Shown here: one piece after another, positions 32,271 through 38,930 of the stretch | How positions within the stretch are numbered: position 1 is the first letter of the stretch | Layout of the letters: every line of letters begins with the position of its first letter | Virus record (IMG/VR): IMGVR_UViG_3300031825_000045 | Span: 1-38,930 of that record | Length of the DNA: 38,930 nt | Reading direction: 5' to 3' (one strand) | From: a virus | Notes under the pieces: model-generated | What the model was told of the DNA's origin: nothing | The model's database searches: none | What the model saw: the letters and a program-made list of their open reading frames with translations, nothing else | Position numbers and translations under genes: made by a program

Positions 32271-34716
32271 CGTTGGCTCCAAGCTGCGGCATCAGCGCCA
32301 CCACGGTGACCGGCGTCGGGTCGGTGCCGAACAGCACCAGCGGCGAGTCGGTGTCCCACGCGCCCTCGAAGGTCAGGTCCTTGTCGCCGGTGAACAGCGG
32401 CGGCGCGGCGCCGGTATCGTCGTCGGCGTCGCGGAAGGCGATCGCGTCGTATTCACCCTCGGTCTCGCTGCGGCCGACGTTGCAGCCGAGCGAGCGGTAG
32501 AAGCGCACGGCGATCTGATTGATGCGCTTCGGCAGCGCCTGGGAGGTGCCGGTCGGGGCGGCGATCTCGTAGCGCATCGGCTCGATCAGCCAGCGGTAGC
32601 CGAGGCCGACCTGGGCGACCGACACGGCGGGCGACACGGCGATGCTGCCGTCGGCGACGACGGCGTCGGGGTAGACGGCGCCGTCGCCGTAGACCTTCAC
32701 CGTCTGGCCCTCGAGGTGCCACAGCCCCGTCAGTGTGGTGGTGGGCGAGCCGTCGTAGGTCAGCCCGCAATCGACGTAGAAGGCGTCTTCCTGGGCGACG
32801 GCATGGCCGAGCGGCGCCTCCATGAACTCGACGGTGCGGACGGTGCGGCCGTCGATCGTGCGCTTGACGATCAGCCACAGCTCGTCGCCGGCGGCGCCGG
32901 GGATGGTCGACACCGCCTCGACTACGGCGTCGCCGCCGCCGAACGCGCCGCCGAGGATGTGGCGGTGCCACGGCACCACGTTCTGCTCGCGCAGATAGGT
33001 CATGCCGAGGAGCTGGCCGTCGGCGCGCTCCGACCACAGCACGCTCCACGGCTCCTGCTGGTAGGCGAGGTCGAGGAAGCCGTCGCCGGCGATGTGGTCG
33101 GCGAGCTCGGTCATGTCCGGCGCCTTGTAGCCGTCGGATTCCAGCGTGTAGGCGAGCTCGCGGATCTTCTTGCCGGCGCGCTGCGGGAACAGCACGGCGT
33201 TCGACACCGTCTCCGGCATCATGTCGGCGCAGCCGTGCCGGGTCTGCGAGCGCACGGCGACGTTGGTCGGCGTCAGCGGCTCGTTGTTGGGCGACATCAC
33301 GCGGAATTCGCCGCCCGAGGTCAGGATCAGCAGGTCCTTGGCCGAGGCGAAGGCGCGGATGGCGTTGACCTGGTCGGAGGCGATCGCGAACGACAGCGGG
33401 TCGTCGTCCTGGGCGCCGGGAGCGAAGTTCTCGAAGTCGTTGGTCTTGGAGCCGTCGAAGCGCTGCGGGTTGAAGCCCGCGCCGCCGAACAGCAATCGCT
33501 CCTCGTGGAAGCCGACGGCGGACGGCCAGCCGTCGGTGTCGGACCAGGCGCCGAGCCGCCACGACGCGACCGCGCCGGTCGCGGCGAAGGCGTTGACGAT
33601 GTCGATCTTGACGTGGGTGGTGTCGGTGAACGTGACGATCTTGCCGTAGCCCCAGGCGAGGCCGCCGGCGTTCTGGAAGTCCCACTGGCAGGTGCCGTCG
33701 ACGATGCCCTGGCCGGTGCCGGAGGGGCCGCCCGAGCCCGCCGAGGTGCCGGCGGTGACGCAGCGATAGACATTGCCCTGGTTGTAGCGGAGATCGCCGA
33801 CGGCGTAGGCCGTGGTGGCGGCCCAGGCGGTCGCGGCGTGGCCGATGCGCAGGAGGCGGCCGACGTCGGTCGCCTTGAACCCGGCGCCGGCGTTGACGCC
33901 GGTAATGGCGGTGGTGATGGTCACGGTGACGTCCGAGCCGGTGGTCGCGGCGAGTACCAAGGTGGTCGGCGTCGTGTTCTCGTCGAGGTAGGGCCCGTCG
34001 TGAAAATCGACGGTCTCGATGGTCCAGCTCGTATGGCCGGTGCGCGACAGCTTGCGCGGGGCGTAGGACGGATGGACGAGATACATGACGTCGGCCGATT
34101 GGGCGAACTTGAGGCGCAGCCGGTTGTCGGAATCGAACAGATCGGCCTGGATCCAGGGCGCGGCAATCTTGTAGACGCGCGCCGCCGTGCCACCGGAGGC
34201 GTAGGCCGTGAAGGCGGAGCTGTCGATCGGGTTGCCAAACACATCGTTGAGCTCGAAGGTGTTGGCGGTCGGATTGGCGACGCGGAAGCGGCGGCCATTC
34301 ACCTGCGTCATGCCGACGACGCCGGAAATGTCGATGTCATCGGTGGCGACGTACCCATGACCGGCGATGGTGACCACCGCCGGATTGGCGCGGGTGATGC
34401 CGGTGATGGCTTTGGCCGCCTCCAGCACCGAGCCCTGATTCATGTAGAAGCGCAGATTGCCGTCGCCGACGGCGATCTGGTAGGCCTGCACGATCGAGAA
34501 CTCGAACGGTATGAGCGCGCCGCGCACGGCTGAATTCTGCAAGTAAGAGACGAAGCGGGTGCCCGGCCGCCGGGTCGCCGGACCCTGGGCGAGCGGGATC
34601 ATGTTCTCCATGATCCGGCACATCGACGGGTACTTGTCGAAGCCGATGAAGCCGTCGAGGTGCGGCGACGCCTCGCCGCCGTTGAACTTCTGCGTCAGGG
34701 CGTTGATGCGCGTCAT
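32263..34716 (-). CDS. Tail tubular protein B (nozzle), T7 gp12-like, 817 aa
   Basis: The N-terminal FNGGEASPHLDGFIGFDKY...MENMIPLAQGPATRRPGTRF is characteristic of this family. Synteny places it after tubular protein A. Confidence 0.85.
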   Translation of the reverse strand: MTRINALTQKFNGGEASPHLDGFIGFDKYPSMCRIMENMIPLAQGPATRRPGTRFVSYLQNSAVRGALIPFEFSIVQAYQIAVGDGNLRFYMNQGSVLEAAKAITGITRANPAVVTIAGHGYVATDDIDISGVVGMTQVNGRRFRVANPTANTFELNDVFGNPIDSSAFTAYASGGTAARVYKIAAPWIQADLFDSDNRLRLKFAQSADVMYLVHPSYAPRKLSRTGHTSWTIETVDFHDGPYLDENTTPTTLVLAATTGSDVTVTITTAITGVNAGAGFKATDVGRLLRIGHAATAWAATTAYAVGDLRYNQGNVYRCVTAGTSAGSGGPSGTGQGIVDGTCQWDFQNAGGLAWGYGKIVTFTDTTHVKIDIVNAFAATGAVASWRLGAWSDTDGWPSAVGFHEERLLFGGAGFNPQRFDGSKTNDFENFAPGAQDDDPLSFAIASDQVNAIRAFASAKDLLILTSGGEFRVMSPNNEPLTPTNVAVRSQTRHGCADMMPETVSNAVLFPQRAGKKIRELAYTLESDGYKAPDMTELADHIAGDGFLDLAYQQEPWSVLWSERADGQLLGMTYLREQNVVPWHRHILGGAFGGGDAVVEAVSTIPGAAGDELWLIVKRTIDGRTVRTVEFMEAPLGHAVAQEDAFYVDCGLTYDGSPTTTLTGLWHLEGQTVKVYGDGAVYPDAVVADGSIAVSPAVSVAQVGLGYRWLIEPMRYEIAAPTGTSQALPKRINQIAVRFYRSLGCNVGRSETEGEYDAIAFRDADDDTGAAPPLFTGDKDLTFEGAWDTDSPLVLFGTDPTPVTVVALMPQLGANDG

Positions 34717-34807
34717 GGTTCACCGGCCTCACGCGCGCGAGCCGAAGGATTGGCGTGGCGGCTTCGGCGAGCGCGCTGAAGGAGGGCGGCCATGAGCGCG
34801 GGCGAAG

Positions 34808-35383
34808 TCATCTACGCGCGGCCTCCCAGTCGCCCTCTTCCTCCTCGTCGGGGGTGCCCTCCTGGGCGTCGGCCGAGCGCGCCTTGCGCAGCGCGGCGCC
34901 CGCGCGCTGCTCGCACGCGTCCTCGCGCGCGCTCGAGTTGGTGAGGCGGAAGGCGATGCGCGCGGCGATCTCCTCGGCGATCGCGGTCACCAGCAGCGGC
35001 GGCAGCTCCTCGGGATCGGTGATGCGGCGGCCGTACTCGATGTAGAGCGGCGCCGCCTCGTCGGTGTGGATCTTGCGGCCCTTCACCTTCCACGGCGCGT
35101 CGCCGTGGTGATCCCTGTCGAGCTTGTGCACGACGAGGCAATAGGGATCGGGCGGCAGGGTGTACTGATAGGCGAAGCCGGAATCCGGCGCGTCGGCATC
35201 GACGGCGAGATGGGTGTCCTCGGTGTTGCAGTTCCACGGGTGCTGCGACAGCACGAAGTCGGCGGCGTCCAGGTAGACGTCCTTGACCGCGCGCGCCGCC
35301 GAGGTGGCCTCGTCGATCGAGGCGATGCGCTGCGACCCGCAGCGGCGCAGCGCCATGTTGGCGATCTGGACCCAGCTAGACAT
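34808..35383 (-). CDS. Tail tubular protein A (adaptor), T7 gp11-like, 191 aa
   Basis: SWVQIANMALRRCGSQRIASIDEATSAARAVKDVYLDAADFVLSQHPWN matches the family N-terminus. The start is placed at the internal ATG that overlaps the upstream gene by 8 nt. Confidence 0.8.
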   Translation of the reverse strand: MSSWVQIANMALRRCGSQRIASIDEATSAARAVKDVYLDAADFVLSQHPWNCNTEDTHLAVDADAPDSGFAYQYTLPPDPYCLVVHKLDRDHHGDAPWKVKGRKIHTDEAAPLYIEYGRRITDPEELPPLLVTAIAEEIAARIAFRLTNSSAREDACEQRAGAALRKARSADAQEGTPDEEEEGDWEAARR

Positions 35384-36074
35384 GCACGCCCTCCATGGCA
35401 AGCCGCACCTTTTCGACCAGACGGTCGAGCTCGCCGGAATCGCGCATGCGCTCGAAGGCGCGGCGATCGTCGTCGGCGAAATAGCGGCCATTGAAGATGC
35501 GGCGGCGATTCTCGTCGCGAGGCAGGCCGGTGGTCTCGGGGCGGTCGAGTGCCACGCGCACGTCGGGCCGGTAGCGCATCAGGCCGAGCGCGGCGCCGAT
35601 GTATTCCAGAACATCGTCGCCATAGAGATGGATCAGCGATGGCGGGAAGACCCACCCGAGGGCGCGCACGAGGGCGCCGCCCATGCAGAGGCAGCCCGAC
35701 ATATGATCCCGGGTCGGATCGTCGGCGCGCTTGCCGTTCAGCCAGCCGTCAGAACAGTAGGAGAAGTTCCATGCGCCGGCGGCCTCGGCGAGCGTGTCGG
35801 TCCAGCCCATCGTCCGCGGCCGCAGGTAATCGCCGAACAGGCCATAGAATGGCTCGTCGGGATAGAGCGCGACGGCGTGGTTGATGGCGCCGATCAGCTC
35901 GACGTGCGCGCCGGTCGCGTGGACGCGCCAATGGGCGGGCCACGGCACCGAATCGTAGTCGCCGAGATCGCCGTCGATGACGACGGTGACGGCGGGCGGA
36001 TGCTCGACGGCGCGCCAGGCGGCGATCAGCTTCGCGCAGGCGGCCGGTCGGCGGCGGGTGACGAGCGTCCACAT
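35376..36074 (-). CDS. GT-A-fold glycosyltransferase-like protein, 232 aa
   Basis: VTVVIDGDLGDY ... GLFGDY ... HLYGDDVLEY ... RYRPDV. This pattern is seen in phage GT2-like enzymes. Assigned by recall only. Confidence 0.5.
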   Translation of the reverse strand: MWTLVTRRRPAACAKLIAAWRAVEHPPAVTVVIDGDLGDYDSVPWPAHWRVHATGAHVELIGAINHAVALYPDEPFYGLFGDYLRPRTMGWTDTLAEAAGAWNFSYCSDGWLNGKRADDPTRDHMSGCLCMGGALVRALGWVFPPSLIHLYGDDVLEYIGAALGLMRYRPDVRVALDRPETTGLPRDENRRRIFNGRYFADDDRRAFERMRDSGELDRLVEKVRLAMEGVHV

Positions 36075-36836
36075 TTAAGAGGCGCTCCCATGCTCCGCAT
36101 CGCCTTGCACGGCGATGCGCGTGTAAGAATCGGCATCCTGTTGGGCGCCGAGGGCCGCCCCGCCAACCCCATGCGCGGGAGCGCTTTGGAGTGTGGGATC
36201 GTCGCCGGTCTCGTAAATCTCCTGCCAGACGCCGCCGCAGTCCCACGGCTTGGGGCGGCCGTGGAAGCACAGCAGGCGCGCGCCGTCGGGCAGGCCGTCG
36301 CGGGCGACGGCCGCCGCCTTGTAGCTGACGGCGAGGCCGGGCCAGATCTCCTGGATGCGGCCCGCATCCGGCACGCAGCGCCCGATCCAGCCGCCGTCGC
36401 CGTGCGGCTCCGACCGCATGATCCCGGCGGGATCGGCGAGGAAGCGCTCGTAGATCGCGGCGCTGATCGGCGACGGCCGGAACAGCATGACGCCGGAGGC
36501 GAGCCGCGCGGGCTCGTAGAAGTCCGCCAGCATGGCGAAGTCGCCGGGGTATCGCGCGAGCGGCGCGAGGTCGCCGGTGACGATGGTGTCGAGGTCGAGG
36601 TAGAGCACCAGCTCGTCGGCGAAGACGCCGGGCCGGAACAGCTCGATCTTCGACCACCAGCCGGGGAAGCCGTGGCCGAGCGGGACCGCGACGACGCCCG
36701 CCACCGGCTGGTCCGACAGCACGCGGATGTGGTGCGGCACGCCCTTGAGGCGCTCGCGCACCTGATGGCCGAGGGCGCGCACGTGCGCGGGCGCGTACTG
36801 GCCGCCGGAGCGCAGGACCATGGCGACGGTGATCAT
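36075..36836 (-). CDS. GT8-like nucleotide-sugar glycosyltransferase, 253 aa
   Basis: WWSKIELFRPGVFADELVLYLDLDTIVTGDL contains a DxD motif in a GT-A context. CFHGRPKPWD lies near the C-terminus. Confidence 0.6.
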   Translation of the reverse strand: MITVAMVLRSGGQYAPAHVRALGHQVRERLKGVPHHIRVLSDQPVAGVVAVPLGHGFPGWWSKIELFRPGVFADELVLYLDLDTIVTGDLAPLARYPGDFAMLADFYEPARLASGVMLFRPSPISAAIYERFLADPAGIMRSEPHGDGGWIGRCVPDAGRIQEIWPGLAVSYKAAAVARDGLPDGARLLCFHGRPKPWDCGGVWQEIYETGDDPTLQSAPAHGVGGAALGAQQDADSYTRIAVQGDAEHGSAS

Positions 36837-37429
36837 CTTTCAGCGCCCCCGCCCAGAAGCTCCCGCGTGAAGCCGGACAGGCTGGTGACGCGGCCCTGGA
36901 ACACGTGATCGCGCGCCCAGCGCCAGACGAGCTCGTCGGCGCGGCCGAAGCGGCCGTCGTCGAGGCCGGGCGGATCGAAGTAATGGCCCTGGCCGTCGAG
37001 CGGCAGGCCGGCGCAGACGATCGGCGCGTGGCCGAGCAGCAGCATGACGAAGACGGCGTAGAGGCCGGAGGCGCCGCCGGGCGACGGCATCGGCCACACC
37101 ACCTCAACGCCGGGCGCGGCCCTGGCGGAATGGGTGTGGACGTGCGACCGGTCGCCGTAGTTGTGGCCGAGCCGGTACTTGACGAAGCCGGGGAAGAAAT
37201 GCTCGGGGTGCAGCGACACCCAATGGTGGATGCGGCCGCGATAGTGGGCGCCGATGTCGTTGACGGCGCAGCGGACGCCGGGCCAGGCAGCGTCGCCGAG
37301 CGCGGCGAGGTCGTCCCAGACGCAACGGGCGCCGCCGACGATCAGCGCAGGCCCCGACGATTGGCCGGCGACGCCGGGCATGGGCCCGGTCCAGCCGACC
37401 TTCTCGGTGTCGATGCCGTTGACGATCAT
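36833..37429 (-). CDS. Sialyltransferase/DUF115-like (GT42-type) transferase-like protein, 198 aa
   Basis: ALIVGGARCVWDDL...VRCAVNDIG and GGASGLYAVFVMLLLGHAPIVCAGLPLDGQGHYFD parallel the two conserved blocks of CstII/MAF-type enzymes. Confidence 0.45.
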   Translation of the reverse strand: MIVNGIDTEKVGWTGPMPGVAGQSSGPALIVGGARCVWDDLAALGDAAWPGVRCAVNDIGAHYRGRIHHWVSLHPEHFFPGFVKYRLGHNYGDRSHVHTHSARAAPGVEVVWPMPSPGGASGLYAVFVMLLLGHAPIVCAGLPLDGQGHYFDPPGLDDGRFGRADELVWRWARDHVFQGRVTSLSGFTRELLGGGAER

Positions 37430-37453
37430 GCGGCGGCGCCCGTCGATGCCGGA

Positions 37454-37879
37454 TTACTCGACGGTGTAGAGCGCGACGATCTTGATCGTGCCCGACATCG
37501 TCGCGACGGCGGTGGTGAGCAGGATCTCGGTCTCGGCCGTGAACTGGTAGCCGACGGCGTCGATCTTTCCGTCCTTGAGCATCGACTTGAACGTCGCCGC
37601 GCCGGTCGCGTAGGCGGCGATGAAGCGGGCGGCGTCGCCGGAATCGCCGACCGAGATGGTGCCGGTCGACGTGCCGAGATCGTCGGCGAGGACGTGGATG
37701 TCGATCAGCCGCGCGCCCTTGGGGATCACGGGACCGGCGATGGTCGATCCGGCGGCGAGGGCGGAGGCCTCGTACTCGTCGTAGCCGACGCGGAGCTTCC
37801 CGCCCCAGCGGGACGAATCCGGCAGGTCACGGGGAGTGCTGTTGTAGAGCGTGTTGTACACGCCACGAACGGCGGACAT
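37454..37879 (-). CDS. Putative head decoration/cement protein, 141 aa
   Basis: It lies immediately downstream of the major capsid gene, as does the cement protein of BPP-1. The sequence is rich in beta-strand-forming residues. Assigned by position only. Confidence 0.45.
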   Translation of the reverse strand: MSAVRGVYNTLYNSTPRDLPDSSRWGGKLRVGYDEYEASALAAGSTIAGPVIPKGARLIDIHVLADDLGTSTGTISVGDSGDAARFIAAYATGAATFKSMLKDGKIDAVGYQFTAETEILLTTAVATMSGTIKIVALYTVE

Positions 37880-37977
37880 GGGCAGTCTCCTGCTTGAGCG
37901 GCGGGCGGCAGCGCCGATGAAGCGGCTGCCGGCCGGCGCGATTGAAAAGAACGAACGCGGTTAACGCGGTGCTGGGA

Positions 37978-38019
37978 GCGCCGGTCGGTAGGGTTGGTGT
38001 GGCGGCTACCGACCGGCGC
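37978..38019 (-). terminator. Perfect 14-bp hairpin directly after the major capsid gene
   Basis: gcgccggtcggtag (37978-37991) pairs with ctaccgaccggcgc (38006-38019) around a 14-nt loop. It starts 12 nt after the capsid stop. A weak second hairpin with a T-rich run follows on the minus strand. Confidence 0.5.
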
Positions 38020-38031
38020 AATCGGAAAAAA

Positions 38032-38913
38032 TCACTCGACGCAGACGATCTCGACGACCTTCTCCTCCTCCATGCGGGTCGCGCCGATGGTCATGGAGAA
38101 GAACACCTGCGTGGCGTAGTTCTTGTCGGCGCGCTCGGTGATGCGCGAGGTGATGTCGGCGCCGACCGCGAGCAGCAGGCCCGACTGCTGCCAGGCGATG
38201 CAGCGGCGCGCCGACGCGCCGTTGACCGGCAGGATCTTCGTGCCGTCGGCGCGCAGGCCGTTCACCGGCACGAAGGTGAAGCCCATGAAGGTGTTGATCT
38301 GGCCGGCGGCCAGCGCCTTCACGGTGTTGTAGTCGGCGTTCTTGACCTCGGTGGTGTTGAGGAGGTCGGTGACCTGCCCGGCGGTGAGGGCGATGTAGCG
38401 GCCGTCGGTATCGACGTCGTTGCCGTCGAGGATCTCCTTGGTGTTGAGGAGCTTGGCCAGGGTGAAGCCGGTCGACGCGGCGACGACGACCTGCGTCGAC
38501 GGCAGGGCGACCGTCGTCGAGCCGGTCTCGCCGGTGTAGGCGGTGCCGAGCGCCGCGTCGACGATCTCCTGGTCCATGCTCCGGCCCATCGCGTTCGCCG
38601 CGTTCATCTGGTACGGCGACGTGAAGTCGTTGAGCGTGCGGACCTTGTCTTCCTGGTCGATCAGGTCGGCCCAGTCGTAGTCGACGATGGAGACGCGCCG
38701 ACGGGAGTGCGGCGTGTCGACGCGCGGCGTGTCGGAATGCCGCGACGTGCGGCGCTGCGCCGCGGTGGCGCCGAGCTGGTCGTAGAAGGCGTTCGTGCCG
38801 GTCTGCGATTCGACGCGCACGGCGCCGCGAAGCTTCGAGCCCTTCTGCTGCACCTTGAGCAGAACGCCCGACTTGTACTCCTGCACGAAGGCAGTGGTGA
38901 TCTGAGTGGACAT
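38032..38913 (-). CDS. Major capsid protein (HK97-fold, T7 gp10/BPP-1-like)
   Basis: 293 aa. The block VSIVDYDWADLIDQEDKVRTLNDFTSPYQMNAANAMGRSMDQEIVDAALG parallels the T7 gp10 core. The start is the second ATG, 5 nt after GGAGG. The gene runs into the terminal repeat. Confidence 0.88.
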   Translation of the reverse strand: MSTQITTAFVQEYKSGVLLKVQQKGSKLRGAVRVESQTGTNAFYDQLGATAAQRRTSRHSDTPRVDTPHSRRRVSIVDYDWADLIDQEDKVRTLNDFTSPYQMNAANAMGRSMDQEIVDAALGTAYTGETGSTTVALPSTQVVVAASTGFTLAKLLNTKEILDGNDVDTDGRYIALTAGQVTDLLNTTEVKNADYNTVKALAAGQINTFMGFTFVPVNGLRADGTKILPVNGASARRCIAWQQSGLLLAVGADITSRITERADKNYATQVFFSMTIGATRMEEEKVVEIVCVE

Positions 38914-38930
38914 CCGTCCCTCCATGGTTG
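38804..38930. repeat. Second copy of the 127-nt terminal repeat
   Basis: Identical to bases 1-127. Confidence 0.95.

Noticed and set aside
38020-38034. A fourth copy of the promoter motif, because TCGGAAAAAATC also occurs here
   Set aside because: Only the A-rich 12-mer matches. The TTGACA and CGAGTTGCC elements are missing, the orientation is opposite to the adjacent genes, and part of it lies in the capsid stop region.
38032-38100. Programmed frameshift extension of the capsid gene, as in T7 10A/10B
   Set aside because: No slippery heptamer was seen near the 3-prime end. The downstream frame is occupied by the hairpin region rather than an open extension.

Overview
The first 127 nt of the window are identical to the last 127 nt. 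The sequence is therefore best read as one complete, end-overlapping phage genome unit of 38,803 bp, high in GC. Gene content indicates a temperate podovirus. The structural module resembles the T7 supergroup and Bordetella BPP-1. On the minus strand the order is portal, Bbp19-like, scaffold, major capsid, small decoration-like protein, tubular proteins A and B, three internal virion proteins, then fibre. No phage RNA polymerase, DNA polymerase or reverse transcriptase is present. The modules are as follows. (1) Packaging, 3904-7347, minus strand: putative terS, a 312-nt non-coding island, a Cys-rich ORF, HNH, an 85-aa ORF and terL. (2) Head and tail, 25409-3777 across the window junction, minus strand. 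(3) Lysis, 21326-22377, minus strand. (4) An early/replication operon, 8096-16500, minus strand, starting at a Cro-like gene. (5) A plus-strand lysogeny block, 16645-20756: a CI-like repressor followed by eight start/stop-overlapping genes that include a tyrosine integrase, ending next to an attP built on the 3-prime half of tRNA-Leu(CAA). Most neighbouring genes overlap as ATGA, GTGA or TGATG. The observations most worth follow-up are listed here. (a) Three glycosyltransferase-like genes sit between the head genes and the tail adaptor gene. (b) A lower-GC insert that looks like an ADP-ribosyltransferase lies inside the 1369-aa ejection protein. (c) Eleven CCTTACC heptamers occur within about 205 bp next to terS. 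(d) A promoter-like motif, T(T/C)GACA-N11-CGAGTTGCC, occurs three times in front of two late operons and a small HTH gene. (e) A Gp37/Gp68 (DUF5131-type) gene is wedged between separate Toprim primase and P-loop helicase genes. All functional calls come from reading motifs by eye, with no searches run. The many long R/A/G/P-rich ORFs in other frames are treated as high-GC artefacts.
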